Assembly (NCBI RefSeq): GCF_006345805.1
Contig: NC_043020.1
Coordinates: 11,904,001-11,968,000, forward strand
Length of the DNA stretch: 64,000 bases
Direction of reading: 5' to 3'
Source of the DNA: Octopus sinensis
Taxonomy: Eukaryota
The translations under genes and the position numbers were made by a program. The notes under the pieces were generated by a model. The model did not search any database, was not told where the DNA came from, and saw only the letters and a program-made list of their open reading frames with translations. This document shows positions 26,989 to 39,074 of this stretch, piece after piece. The first letter of the stretch is position 1. Each line of letters begins with the position of its first letter.

Positions 26989-29921
26989 GCACTAGCCATA
27001 GATAGAAATAGAGTAGAGGGTGAGCTAGTTAAGAAGCTAGAAGAGGCAATTAGAAGCGGCATCGCATCCGACGTTTTGGCGGCGAGGTTGGCCTCGACCA
27101 ACACTTCAACGCCAAACACGAAGGATGTGCTGTCAGCTAGGATGCGTGCTCTAAGGAACGAAGGTGTTGGAGCCGCGAGAGAGGCCCGGGTGGCAGAGGC
27201 GCAACAGGGCAACAAAGCCACCATTCGGTCACTGGTAGATGAACAGGGGCGCGAATTGCTCGAGCCAAGTAAAATGTGTGAGGCCTTTCAGCAGCATTTT
27301 GCCCGACTGTTCGGAACGAGTGGAGGGCAAGAACGTAGGGTGGACTTCAGTGCCTACCTACATAGCCTACCACGACTCTCGACAAGAAAGGCAGGGTGCT
27401 GCGAAGGTGCCATCACGGCGGCGCGGAAGTGCGGGAAGCGATGGCAGAATGCTCGAGGGACAAATCACCGGTTTGGATGGTCTACCCTACGAGCTTTACA
27501 ATTGTATGCAGACTTGTTTGGAGATCTCTTGGCGGCGGTGTACTGCAACTGGCAGCAAAACGGGAGCATTCCTGGTTTTGTGAGCCGAGGAGCCGTAACA
27601 CTGCTGAAGAAAGATCTAAACAAGGGAAATGTAATAGATAACTTTAGGCCCATCACTCTGCTTAATGCAGACTTGAAAATTTTGGCCAAGGTGCTAGCCA
27701 AGAGGTTGGCGCTTGTCATCGAGAAACTGGTCGACAAGCGCAAACATGCGCCGTGCCAGGCCGGACCATCCATGACAACCTCCATCTGATGCGCTACACA
27801 TCATAGACAGGGTAGTTAACGAACCTGGCATGGGTGGGGCCCTGATCAACTTGGATCAATCAAAAGCCTTTGATAGGGTAGACCATCGATACTTGGAGGC
27901 AGTCCTGAGAGCGGCTGGTTTCGGCCCCGTCTTCCGCGGCTGGATAGCTGCCTTGTACAGAGGCATCCGTTCGGTAATTCGCGTAAATGACATCTATCGA
28001 GACCTTTCGACATTGCACGTTCGGTCCGTCAGGGATGCCCCCTCTCGGCGCTTCTATACGTATTGACTCTTGAGCCACTACTGCGGAAGCTGGCGACTCT
28101 AAGGGGCATCCCGCGAGAATTGGGATGCGGGACGAGCGTGCCTGCATACGCGGACGACGTCACCGTCATAGTGTCTAGCCACGAGCACATCGAGCTGGTC
28201 GGCGAGACACTGAAAAACTACGAAGCGGTGACAGGAGCGAAAATCAACCGGGAAAAGTCAGTGGGCTTGCGACTAGGCACCTGGAGAAGCAAGCCCATGC
28301 CGTCCACCAGCGCCTCCGTCGTGGGACGCTGGACCGACGGCCCGGTTGAGTTGCTCGGGGTCTGGTTTGGTCCGGACCTCCAAGTGGAGAAGAACTGGAA
28401 CGAGATAACGAGTAGGGTGGTCACTCTCGCCCGGCAATGGGCCGAGAGGAAACTGTCCCTAAAAGGTCGAGCGGAGGTGGCGAACACGTACATTCGCGTC
28501 CGTCATCTACTACCGGCCTGACCGTCGTGCCTTGTCCCGACCCTACCATCACCAAACTACAACGCATCCTCTTTCGCTTCTTGTGGAAAGGATGCGTCCC
28601 GATGGTCAGGCGATCCATTTGCTGTCAACACCCGTTAAAAGGAGGGCTGGGCATGCCGTGGTTGATGATGCGCAGACACGCGCTGAGACTGCGACATCTC
28701 TGGCTCTATGTAGACGACGGTGAACAGGTGTGGTCGCCGTTTGTGAGGCACGCTTTCCCGCAGCTCGTCTCCATGACCGAACTGCAGTCGTGGATCAAAA
28801 AGAGGCCGAGGAAGGGCGAATGGCACCGCGAGTGTCGCGTTGCTCTCAAGCAACTCTGCCGTCCTGGGTCGACCTTAAGTGACTTCAACACAACCAAAGC
28901 ATTCTATAGGGGTTTAGTGGAGGGGAGGTACGACGACGAGCTCGGGGCGAACCTGGACGTCGACGAGGAGTACCTGACCCGCCTGTTCGGGACGACTTTC
29001 GGGCCAGGGCCCATGGACAACTTCCAGAGATCCCTGGCCTGGCAGTGCTACCGAGAAGCGCTACCCGTTCGGGATAAGCTCTACAGACACGGCTCGAGAA
29101 ACACGGGGCCGACCTGCCCGAGATGCGGTCAGAGCGACGAAACCGTTCTGCACGCACTCGTTCAGTGTCCAACAATTTCCGACCTGTGGGCTTATGTCGA
29201 ACAACTGCTGTCACGTGTGGGACGAGTCGGTTTATCAGCTGAGTCTATCGTCAATATTGTCACGCCTCCTTCTTCAACGGGAAGGAAGAGCTATTTTCAT
29301 CATCCTTGTGGCTATGGCGAAAGAATGTATCTGTGGACGCGTCTGAAAGGATTGGAGACAAACACTTTCCTCTCTGGTCAATCTCTCATCAACTTCTTCA
29401 AGTACCACTTGAAAGGAAGTGAGAGTAGAGAGGCAAGTTTTGTCTAGCGAATGTTTTAAAAAAAGATGGGTGAATGTAGCAAGAATGGCACGTATGAATG
29501 ACGAAGCCACCTTGAGCATAGTCCTATGAACCCAGAAATCGAAAACAGAGAGTTGCTTATTTGCAAAAAAAAAAAAAAAAAAGAAATATAAAATGTGACT
29601 TCATTGACCGAGGTTACCGTGGTCTTTTCCGCAGGCTTTTCTTTCCACGGGTAAACCTCACCTGTCCTCCCCTTTACACTTCATATTGACATTTCTGTGA
29701 TAACGATCCCTATTGATCATTTTTTTCCTCCCCCCCCCTTTTTTTTTTTTTTTTTTAACCCCCCTTATTTTTGTCCTCTTTCTCTCCTTTTACGATCCCT
29801 TTTGATCGAACGAACCTCCCCCTTCCTTTTTTTTTTTTTTTTTTTAATACCTTCAAAAGAAAAGCTCTACCTTGTAATTTGTTCTATCTGTGTGCAGCCC
29901 TGTGTGGCTAATAAAGAAACA
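26989..29921 (+). mobile_element. 5'-truncated Tx1/L1-clade LINE inserted inside a (TATC)n tract, multiply frameshifted
   Basis: RPITLLNAD, DQSKAFDRVDH, YADD, CPRCGQSDETVLHALVQC; AATAAA at 29910; (TATC)n on both sides (26860-26988, 29922-30420). Confidence 0.9.
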
Positions 29922-29952
29922 TATCTATCTATCTATCTATCTATCTATCTAC

Positions 29953-30007
<55 letters not shown>

Positions 30008-30008
30008 C

Positions 30009-30059
<51 letters not shown>

Positions 30060-30076
30060 CCTATTTATCTATCTAC

Positions 30077-30107
<31 letters not shown>

Positions 30108-30108
30108 C

Positions 30109-30151
<43 letters not shown>

Positions 30152-30152
30152 C

Positions 30153-30195
<43 letters not shown>

Positions 30196-30196
30196 C

Positions 30197-30243
<47 letters not shown>

Positions 30244-30244
30244 C

Positions 30245-30311
<67 letters not shown>

Positions 30312-30328
30312 CCTATCTATCTATCTAC

Positions 30329-30422
<94 letters not shown>

Positions 30423-30683
30423 GTCTGTCTATCTGTCTGTCCAAACCCATCTATCGCTCCGCCCGTCTGTGTGTCTGTGTTTGTCCCCCTAGCATTGCTT
30501 GACAACCGCTGCTGGTGTGTTCATGTCCCAGTCACTTAGCGGATCGGCAAAAGAGACCGATAGAGTAAGTACTGGGCATACAAAGAATAAGTCCCGGGGT
30601 CGATTTGCTCGATTAAAGGCGGTGCTCCAGCATGGCTGCAGTCAAATGACTGAAACAAGTAAAAGAATAAAGAGTAAGAGTAA

Positions 30684-30750
<67 letters not shown>

Positions 30751-30752
<2 letters not shown>

Positions 30753-31501
30753 TAGCAGTATCGCCCGGCGTTGCTCGGGTTTGTAAGGGAAATAACTATA
30801 AAGCATTTTTAGAGAGTTATAGCCAAAAAATAGCAAAAAAAATGGAAAATAAATTATGGTAAATTTATTTTTGAGAGTTAAAAAGATGGAGTTGCGTCCC
30901 CTAGACAGTCTGTGGTTTGTGTTTCTGATTCTCGACCCCATGTCGAATTTATCGATTTTTTTTCAGAACTGGGGGAACTTTTCAAAATTTTCGCTGCGTT
31001 AAGTTTTGAATTATGACATTGGGCTATGTGTGTGTCAAGTTTCATCAGAATCGGTTGAAAGCCGTGGTCAGGGTGAGGGTACAACCTAACAGACACACAG
31101 AAACACACAGAGACAAACTGCCGTTTATATATATACTAGCAGTATCGCCCGGCGTTGCTCAGGTTTGTAAGGTATATAACTATAAAGCATTTTTAGAGAG
31201 TTATAGCCAAAAAATAGCAAAAAAATGGAAAAAAAATGATGGTAAATTTTTTTTGAGAGTTAAAAAAGGTGGAGATGCGTCCCCTAGACGGTCTGTGGTT
31301 GGGTTTCTGATTCTCGACCCCATGTCGAATTTATCGATTTTTTTCAGAACTGGGGGAACTTTTCAAAATTTTCGCTGCGTTAGTTTTGAATTATGACATT
31401 GGGCTATGTGTGTGTCAAGTTTCATCAGAATCGGTTGAAAGCCGTGGTCAGAGTGAGGGTACGAGAAAACAGACACACAGAAAACGCACAGACAAACTGC
31501 C

Positions 31502-31580
<79 letters not shown>

Positions 31581-32335
31581 ATATATATAATATATATATA
31601 TATATATAATATATATATATATATATAGATATATAACATATATTACATATAGTTATGTGCAGGCACATGGCCTAGTGGTTAGAGCAGCGGGTTCGAATCT
31701 CAGACCGGGCGATGTGTGTGTTTACGAGTGAAACACCTAAGATCCACGCGGCTCCGGCAGAAGGTAATGGCAAAACTTCTGCTGACTCTTTCGCTACAAC
31801 TTTCTTTCACTCTTTCCTCTTGCATCTTGGAGCTAATCTGCGACGGACAGGCGTCCCGTCCAGGTGGGGAACCTATACCCCAAGGAAACCGGGAAACCGG
31901 CCCTTATGAGCCAGGCATGGCTCGAGAAGAAACAAACATATATTTATAAATATATATAACTAGCAGTATCGCCCGGCGTTGCTCGGGTTTGTAAGGGAAA
32001 TAACTATAAAGCACTTTTAGAGAGTTATAGCCAAAAAATAGCCAAAAAATGGAAAAAAATTATGGTAAATTTTTTTTGAGAGTTAAAACGGTTGAGTTGC
32101 GTCCCCTAGACAGTCTGTGGTTTGTGTTCCTGATTCTCGACCCCATGTCGAATTTATCGATTTTTTTCAGAACTGGGGGAACTTTTCAAACTTTTCGCTG
32201 CGTTAGTTTTGAATTATGACATTGGGCTATGTGTGTGTTAAGTTTCATCAGAATCGGTTGAAAGCCGTGGTCAGGGTGAGGGTACAACCTAACAGACACA
32301 CAGAAACACACACAGACAAACTGCCGTTTATATAT
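30751..32335 (+). mobile_element. Three near-tandem Helentron/DINE-1-like non-autonomous elements (~380 bp; starts 30751, 31135, 31959)
   Basis: Each begins ACTAGCAGTATCGCCCGGCGTTGCTCGGG (hairpin) and ends TTTCATCAGAATCGGTTGAAAGCC...CAGACA...CAAACTGCCGTTTATATA in (TA)n context. Confidence 0.7.
31657..31935 (+). mobile_element. tRNA-derived SINE between Helentron-like copies 2 and 3
   Basis: Head GGCACATGGCCTAGTGGTTAGAGCAGCGG; sister copy at 43715-44007(-). Confidence 0.8.
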
Positions 32336-32606
32336 AGAGAGAGATTTATATACACATTCATCTAAAATATTTGTGTGTGTGTGCGTGCATGTATGTATGT
32401 GTGTCTATGTATTGGCATTCCTTCGGTATTGGTCTCTAGAGTGTCAGAATGAAGAGACACTATCATTCACCCTCTTTTTCCAAACTAGTTTCTTTATCTA
32501 TGTCACGAAGGAAAGTTGGGCGGGTGAATGATGTCGTGTGTTAATATCGGAGGATTGCCTGTGTGTTTATATACACATGTGTACACGCATGCACACACAC
32601 ACATAT

Positions 32607-32680
<74 letters not shown>

Positions 32681-32764
32681 GCATACACACACACACATAC
32701 ACATCCCTGTAATATACAAATAAGTATTCTGTTTTATAATCGTTCATTCGTCCGAAGTTGAAGC

Positions 32765-33208
32765 ATGTGTGTTTGTGTGTGTGAGTGTGTGTGTGTGTGT
32801 GTGTGTATGCATCTTTGTATGATTGTATGTGTGTGTATGTGTGTTTGTGTTTGAGTGTTTGTGTATGTGTGTGTGTGTATGTGTGTTTGTATGTTGTGTG
32901 TGTTTGTATAGGTGTGTGTGTTTGTATGATTGTATGTGCGTGTATGTGTTTGTATGTTGTGTGTGTGTGTTTGTGTATGCGTGTTTGTAGTTGTATGTGT
33001 GTGTATGTGTGTTTGTATGTTGTGTGTGTTTGTGCATGCGTGTTTGTATGTGTGTGTGTGTGTGTTTGTATGATTGTATGTACGTGTATGTGTTTGTATG
33101 TTGTGCGTGTGTGTCTGTGCATGCGTGTTTGTATTTGTATGTGTGTGTGTGTGTTTGTAGTCGTATGTGTGTGTGTGTTTGTAGTCGTATGTGTGTGTGT
33201 GTGTGTGT
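32765..33208. repeat. Degenerate (GT)-rich minisatellite immediately upstream of the PDE D promoter
   Basis: Units such as GTGTGTATGTGTGTTTGTATGTT; ends ~25 bp before the CRE. Confidence 0.85.
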
Positions 33209-33233
33209 TTTCCTTAATCGCAGCAAACCTGAA

Positions 33234-33241
33234 TGACGTCA
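33234..33241. promoter_or_regulatory. Perfect CRE (TGACGTCA) upstream of PDE D
   Basis: 228 bp upstream of ATG 33469. Confidence 0.55.
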
Positions 33242-33468
33242 CAAAGCCGAGCACAAACCGATGAGAAATGAAATAGCAAGAGAGAAGGAGAGACAGAGAA
33301 TGAATGGGCAGTTGTGAAAGAGTAAGACAAAGAAAGAGAAAAAAAGAGAGGGAGAGAGAGTTCAAAGAGAGGGAAAGGTTAAAAAGAAAGTCAGTTTTTT
33401 AAACTGCTATAATACATCATTAATATTGACTTACTGTTATTTCTGTTGTCCCCTGGATATTCTCTGAC

Positions 33469-36400
33469 ATGGTGGACCCTATTTGCGCAGACGACGTGGA
33501 AAAGTTTTTAGAAGAAAATCCAGAATTCACTAAAAACTGGATTTCTAAAAACAATGCTAATACTTCTGAAGAGAAAGTTGTTGTGGTTCCGTCTTTAAGA
33601 CATTCATTTATAGATTGCGTTAAAATGATTATTTCTCGAAACAGCAGCATTGGTGTAAACAAGAAAACGGTATTAACCGCAAAGGACACTTACAGAGAAA
33701 TCATGAAGGAATTGGTTTCCGAGCTTAATGAAGATAAATTGTGTTATGCAATTCTTCAGAACACGTGTATTTTGCTCCAGTGTAGTAGCGCGAGTATTTA
33801 TTTGGCTCGAGGTACCGGAAAGACGCGTTATCTTTTATCTAAATACGTCGACGTGACCGCTACTTCTGACAGAAATGAAACCCTTCGTTCAGAACCCGAT
33901 ACCATTTGTATACCATTCGGTGAAGGAATCTTGGGTTATGTAGCTGAAAGTAAGCGTTCTTTGAACATCAAAGATGTCACTCGGTCTCATTATTCTTTAA
34001 GTGATGACAAATCGATTGGACTTCAAGTCCAAAGTATTTTTTGTATGCCGATTCTAAATAAAAACGATAATGTAATGGGTGTTGTTAATGTCCAGAACAG
34101 CAAAGAAAATACTAATTTTTCTTTAGAAGATGAAACATTATTTGAGAACTTATTATCCGTTTGTGGAATCAGTATAGATAATGCTCATTTGCTTCAAGTT
34201 TGTCTTGAAGAATTTAAACGCCACCAGTTATTACTAAAGCTCACGAACTGCATTTTGAAGGAACAGAACAATCTACCAAAGCTTATTTCTCAAATTTTGC
34301 ACCATGCCATGGCGCTGATTGAGAGTAGTAATATCAGCATCTATTTAACTGACAGTAACAAAGAAACAGTTGGTCCAAATATGAATTCTAAAGTGTTTCA
34401 ATTATTGAGAGAAGAGAAAGAAGCAAAAGAAGTGACAATAGATAGGAAATTTATAAAACCTGTTGAAAATAATTTGAAGAGTGAAAATGTATTCGATGTT
34501 TTCAATTTAAAATGTTCTTCTGAAATCTCGCTTCCAAATCTCAAAAACAGCGAAAGGTGGTTACTTGTTATGCCAATAAAAGATTCCACGGGAAACGCTA
34601 TTGGTTCTATTATGTTTGTCAGGGATTCGGTGGACAATTTCAGTGAAAATGATATCAATATGATGAAAGTATTTACAACATATTGCGGTTTGAGTATCTT
34701 CAACTGTCGTTTGTACGAGAGTTCAGCTAAGTCGGTGTCTCGGGCGAAAATAATCAATGATATTATTGCCTACCACGTGACGTGTGATCAAAAAACAATC
34801 GATCGTTTTCTATCAATGGAAATGAAATCTTCAGAACACTATCAAATATACAATTTTCACTTCGATGATTCATTATACACAGATGGTGATACTGTTTTAA
34901 TATGTGCCCGGTTGCTTTTAAATCTTGATGTTGTAAATGTTCTGAATATATCTATGGCTTATTTGTATAGGTTTATTGTAACAGTGAAAGACAACTATCG
35001 TCCACTTACCTACCATAACTGGCGCCATGTTTTAAACGTTACACAATCAATGTTCTGTATGTTGACTACAGGTAAATTACAGACTTACTACACGAAATTC
35101 CAAATGATTTGTTTATTAATTGCTTGTTTGCTTCATGATCTTGAGCACAGAGGGCAGAATAATTCGTTCCAAGTGAGAGTAGCATCTTCGCTTGCTACAT
35201 TGTACAGTACGTCTTTCCTAGAGCACCGTCATATAAGTCGAAGCATGATGCTATTGAACAAATCCGGAACTGATATCTTTAAAAATCTTCCGGTTGAAAA
35301 GTATCGAGAGGGTTTCAGACTAATAGAGAAAGCAATCCTTGCCACGGATCTCAGGAACCATTTTGAGAATAGGAGCATTTTTAAACATGAAATACAAAGT
35401 GATCACAGAACGTTTGATTCTCTTGAAAGTATTGATTTACTAATTGGCATGATGATGACTGCAGCTGATCTGTCGGTTGCGACTAAGCCATGGGAAATTC
35501 AAAGAAAGACCGCCATCAAAGTCATATCTGAATACTTCGATCAAGGAGAGCCGGGTAAAGCTTTAAAATCTTATGTGTTTCCTTTGGTGGATCGCGAGAA
35601 AAAATATGAAATAACTAAGGCACAAGTTGATTTTATTGATTTTGTGTGTATGCCGATTTATAAACTTTTGGTAAAGTTAGAAACGCGTTTGAGACCATTA
35701 TATGACGGGTGCATCGCAAACGGAACGCGCTGGCGTCTTATTGCTGCTGATAAAGAAAAGTTTAATATCGATGAAGAATTAAATTTTGTTTCACATCAGA
35801 GATTAAGAGTTAACCAACCAAAACAGTACCAAGAATTCCGAAGTAGCTCAATGGATATTCAAAATCGAAATAACAAGATTTTAGAACCAATATTAGATGA
35901 ATTTCGATCACCTATAGCATTAAATTTAATTACAGAACATAATCCCTCCCTATGGTGTCATTCACAACCATTGTTAGTGCCTAAACTAAACAAGCTTACT
36001 AAGTTAAAATCACCAATTTCTGCTTGTTCATGGCAAGAAAACATTGTGAAGTTAACTATGGCTGTGCCTCATAAAAAAGTTGAAATAAATGAGAAATCTT
36101 GTCAGACAGACATGCAAATCGTTAAATTACACCCCGGAAACACCGTACAAATATATAATCCCAAAGGTAAACTTACTTCAGAAGGTCCGATGAAAGTTAG
36201 TCTTCCAGTTAAAACAACTTATTCAACCACAGTTCATTCAGATATCAATGAATCTACGACTGGCAAACGCTCGAATAGCATTGCTAAATCTATGCAACGT
36301 CGAAATTATATCCCGACATTGGCTCTTTCACCGAATTCACTGGGAACACCAATAGGCGTGAAAACACTCATAAAACATACTAATTCGACTCGCCTTTTTG

Positions 36401-36630
36401 ATAATGTTAAACACGTCGTCACCGATGATATTTGTAGAGTTTCTGAAAAACTAAACGGGAAAATACGGCGAAATCTGACTGTAAATGAATATAATGAGGT
36501 TCCTACTGTAGAATATGACTTTACACCAAATATTAATCAGTTTCGAAGGCGAAAATGTTTGAAGAAAATTCCCATTAATATGAAGGACGAGCAAGTTATT
36601 TTGAAGAGTTATTTGTGTGTGATTTCATAA
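33469..36630 (+). CDS. Intronless GAF-GAF phosphodiesterase type D (1053 aa, intact ORF)
   Basis: MVDPICADDVEKFLEENPEF; YHNWRH, HDLEH, ATDL, TAADL..TKPW, AQVDFIDFV; ends RRRKCLKKIP...KSYLCVIS. Confidence 0.95.
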   Translation: MVDPICADDVEKFLEENPEFTKNWISKNNANTSEEKVVVVPSLRHSFIDCVKMIISRNSSIGVNKKTVLTAKDTYREIMKELVSELNEDKLCYAILQNTCILLQCSSASIYLARGTGKTRYLLSKYVDVTATSDRNETLRSEPDTICIPFGEGILGYVAESKRSLNIKDVTRSHYSLSDDKSIGLQVQSIFCMPILNKNDNVMGVVNVQNSKENTNFSLEDETLFENLLSVCGISIDNAHLLQVCLEEFKRHQLLLKLTNCILKEQNNLPKLISQILHHAMALIESSNISIYLTDSNKETVGPNMNSKVFQLLREEKEAKEVTIDRKFIKPVENNLKSENVFDVFNLKCSSEISLPNLKNSERWLLVMPIKDSTGNAIGSIMFVRDSVDNFSENDINMMKVFTTYCGLSIFNCRLYESSAKSVSRAKIINDIIAYHVTCDQKTIDRFLSMEMKSSEHYQIYNFHFDDSLYTDGDTVLICARLLLNLDVVNVLNISMAYLYRFIVTVKDNYRPLTYHNWRHVLNVTQSMFCMLTTGKLQTYYTKFQMICLLIACLLHDLEHRGQNNSFQVRVASSLATLYSTSFLEHRHISRSMMLLNKSGTDIFKNLPVEKYREGFRLIEKAILATDLRNHFENRSIFKHEIQSDHRTFDSLESIDLLIGMMMTAADLSVATKPWEIQRKTAIKVISEYFDQGEPGKALKSYVFPLVDREKKYEITKAQVDFIDFVCMPIYKLLVKLETRLRPLYDGCIANGTRWRLIAADKEKFNIDEELNFVSHQRLRVNQPKQYQEFRSSSMDIQNRNNKILEPILDEFRSPIALNLITEHNPSLWCHSQPLLVPKLNKLTKLKSPISACSWQENIVKLTMAVPHKKVEINEKSCQTDMQIVKLHPGNTVQIYNPKGKLTSEGPMKVSLPVKTTYSTTVHSDINESTTGKRSNSIAKSMQRRNYIPTLALSPNSLGTPIGVKTLIKHTNSTRLFDNVKHVVTDDICRVSEKLNGKIRRNLTVNEYNEVPTVEYDFTPNINQFRRRKCLKKIPINMKDEQVILKSYLCVIS

Positions 36631-36688
36631 TGTTTGTTGTTAACGTAGTTTGCTTAAAATGATTCTTGTTGGATTTGTACAGAGAGTA

Positions 36689-36754
<66 letters not shown>

Positions 36755-36936
36755 ATAAATATTAGGGAATAAATCCAAATTTACAGGAAAATCAGATTTA
36801 GGATTGAATCCAATTTTATAGTAAAATATGATATAATATTAATTAGAGACTATTATGCAAATCAAACAAAGAAAGACTTAATCCAATACATAAAAATTTT
36901 TATATAATTAAATATAATTAAGATTAATTAAGATAT

Positions 36937-36982
36937 CCACTACGATCGTTTCTTGTCACTTCAATGGACATTCATCAGGTGG
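36937..36982 (-). ncRNA. Minimal type I hammerhead ribozyme motif
   Basis: Minus strand CCAC-CTGATGA-aTGTC..GACAa-GAAAC-GATC-GTA-GTGG; palindromic helix III ACGATCGT, GUA triplet. Confidence 0.5.
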
Positions 36983-37068
36983 TTTCAAGACCTTCTATGC
37001 AATTTTGAACTATGAAGTTTTTTGTTTTATTTGCATAATAGTGGTTTTGTCTCTAATTAATATTATAT

Positions 37069-37149
<81 letters not shown>

Positions 37150-38194
37150 AGCATATCTCTTTATGTATGAATATGAATCATAGAGTTCGTGCCACAACGC
37201 AGATGTTGTATTCTCATTGGATAAATAAACAGATAACAAGCAGATGACCAGCAATCGATTTAACTTTCTAAAGATATTTTGTGCTAATCAATACTTATTT
37301 TCAGCCGAATCGATAAATCATTGGTTAAAATATCTTGCAGTTTTTATTTATCCGAAATCCCATCGAGTTCGATGTTGCCATTTTAGTAATCCGTTACTGG
37401 CAATTATTTAATGTATATGTCTACATCTCAAAATAGTAGAGGAGTAGGGGCCGAAACCGGACGTGGTTCCTCCTGATGATGTCTTCAGCTATAAAGGAGC
37501 TGTTGTGGTAGTAGACCACGAAACACGGTTGAAATTCCCCCCCATTCAGTAGAAATCAGGGGATCCGAAGGTTGGAAGCTCATAATGACTCGGCAGAGAG
37601 AGGTACAAATCCAGGAAAGCTATACAGTAATGATGTTGATAAAACAAAGGTGAATTCGAATTGCACCTCGTGTTGGTTCAACGCAAATAAGTAAGGGACA
37701 TCTATGGGTTCGCTTGTGATAATATCTCAAGTAATGGATAAGCAATTGCAGGTATATCTTTGCAGCCGCTTCTGAGATAGGTGTTCAGTAGAAGTAATTT
37801 TGCACATTGTGTCTTCGTATACATAAGGTAGATTGGTGCAAGTCACTGTACGTGTATACACTGTAAAAGTATAAATTGTACAAACAGTCCAGTCCATCGT
37901 CAGCAGAAGAATGAATTTATGTGGCGAAATTATATATAATTAGAGAGATATAAATAGACAGCTATTCAATTAAGTAGAGGAAGATATATTAATAAAATTG
38001 TTGCAAGGAATACGAGATAAAGAAGGAGATAGCTCTAGGAATGAGGGATCGAAGATAATTATCTTATAATAGACGAATATGGAAGAGAGGAGGAGGGTGA
38101 GAATTAAGGAAGATGATGTGGGTAAGAGGGAAAATGAAGAGGTGATAGTTATGAATGGTGTAGACAAATATCAATATAATCCTTTCTAATATAG

Positions 38195-38580
38195 GCACAA
38201 AGCCTGACATTTCGGGAGAGGGGGGTAAGTCTATTACATCGACCCCAGTGCTCAACTGGTACTTATTTTATCGACCCCGAAAGGATGAAAGGTAAAGTCG
38301 ACCTCGCCGGAATTTGAACCTAGAACGTGAAGACAGACGAAATACCTATTTCTTTATTACCCACAAGGGCTAAACATAGAGGGGACAAACAAGTACAGAC
38401 AAACGGATTAAGCCGATTATACCGACCCCAGTGCGTAACTGGTACTTATTAAATCGACCCCCGAAAGGATGAAAGGCAAAGTCGACCTCGGCGGAATTTG
38501 AACTCAGAATGTAGCGGCAGACGAAACACCGCTAAGCATTTCGACCGCTGTGCTAACGTTTCTACCAGCTTCCTGCCTAA
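38195..38580 (-). mobile_element. Stacked SINE fragments (CCTTTCATCCTTTCGGGGTCGAT family)
   Basis: Repeated TCGACCCCGAAAGGATGAAAGG(C/T)AAAGTCGACCTCG blocks. Confidence 0.75.
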
Positions 38581-38819
38581 TGCAGTAAATAAATTTCTGT
38601 GTCCATGAGTAGACTGGGTTTGATCGAGCAAACTAACGACGAAAGAGGAACGCTGATGTGTGCGGCCCTTTTGTTCAGAACGTGTGGCATTCAAGCACCG
38701 AGTCTTGGGACCTTACCCAACAATTGAAGGGTCAATGCTATAAAAAGAGCATCTCAGCTGCTGGGCCAATTCCTTCGTGGATTGGTGCGGGTCCTCGTGG
38801 ATGAGTTCGTTCGATCGAT

Positions 38820-39060
38820 CCTCATTGAACTGAATAAATTGGCCGAAATGTTAAGAGTCTGTGAGGTCGTATTTCTCATCCTTGAAGCGTGAAAACCATT
38901 TCTGTGCAATTCTTTCAGTAATAGAGCATTCTCTGTACACAGCGCAAAAACTCGAGCGATTTTGGCAGTTTTGGAACCTTGACTGAAAGCGATGAGAAGC
39001 GGGTGTCAAAATTGTCCATTTATTTTTATCTTTTTTTCTTGATACTCCATGACACTGTCT
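38820..39060 (-). mobile_element. Mariner transposase N-terminal (HTH) relic
   Basis: CAVYRECSITERIAQKWFSRFKDEKYDLTDS. Confidence 0.7.
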
Positions 39061-39074
39061 GAAAATAGCTTTAA

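Noticed and set aside
29697-30539. Long ORFs such as [26 protein letters not shown] (also 11682-11997, 32541-33365, 42201-43112, 48715-49657, 61283-63299)
   Set aside because: Translations of (TATC)n, (TA)n, (CA)n and (TATG)n microsatellites that happen to lack stop codons.
33469-36630. Bacterial/horizontal origin suggested by intronless GAF-containing genes
   Set aside because: The class I metazoan PDE5/6/11 motifs and CaaX ends are animal-type, and the genes are embedded in and co-duplicated with host SINEs and LINEs.
37445-37490. GAAAC...CTGATGA arrangement resembling a permuted hammerhead
   Set aside because: Helices I and II cannot be paired convincingly and the cleavage triplet would end in G.
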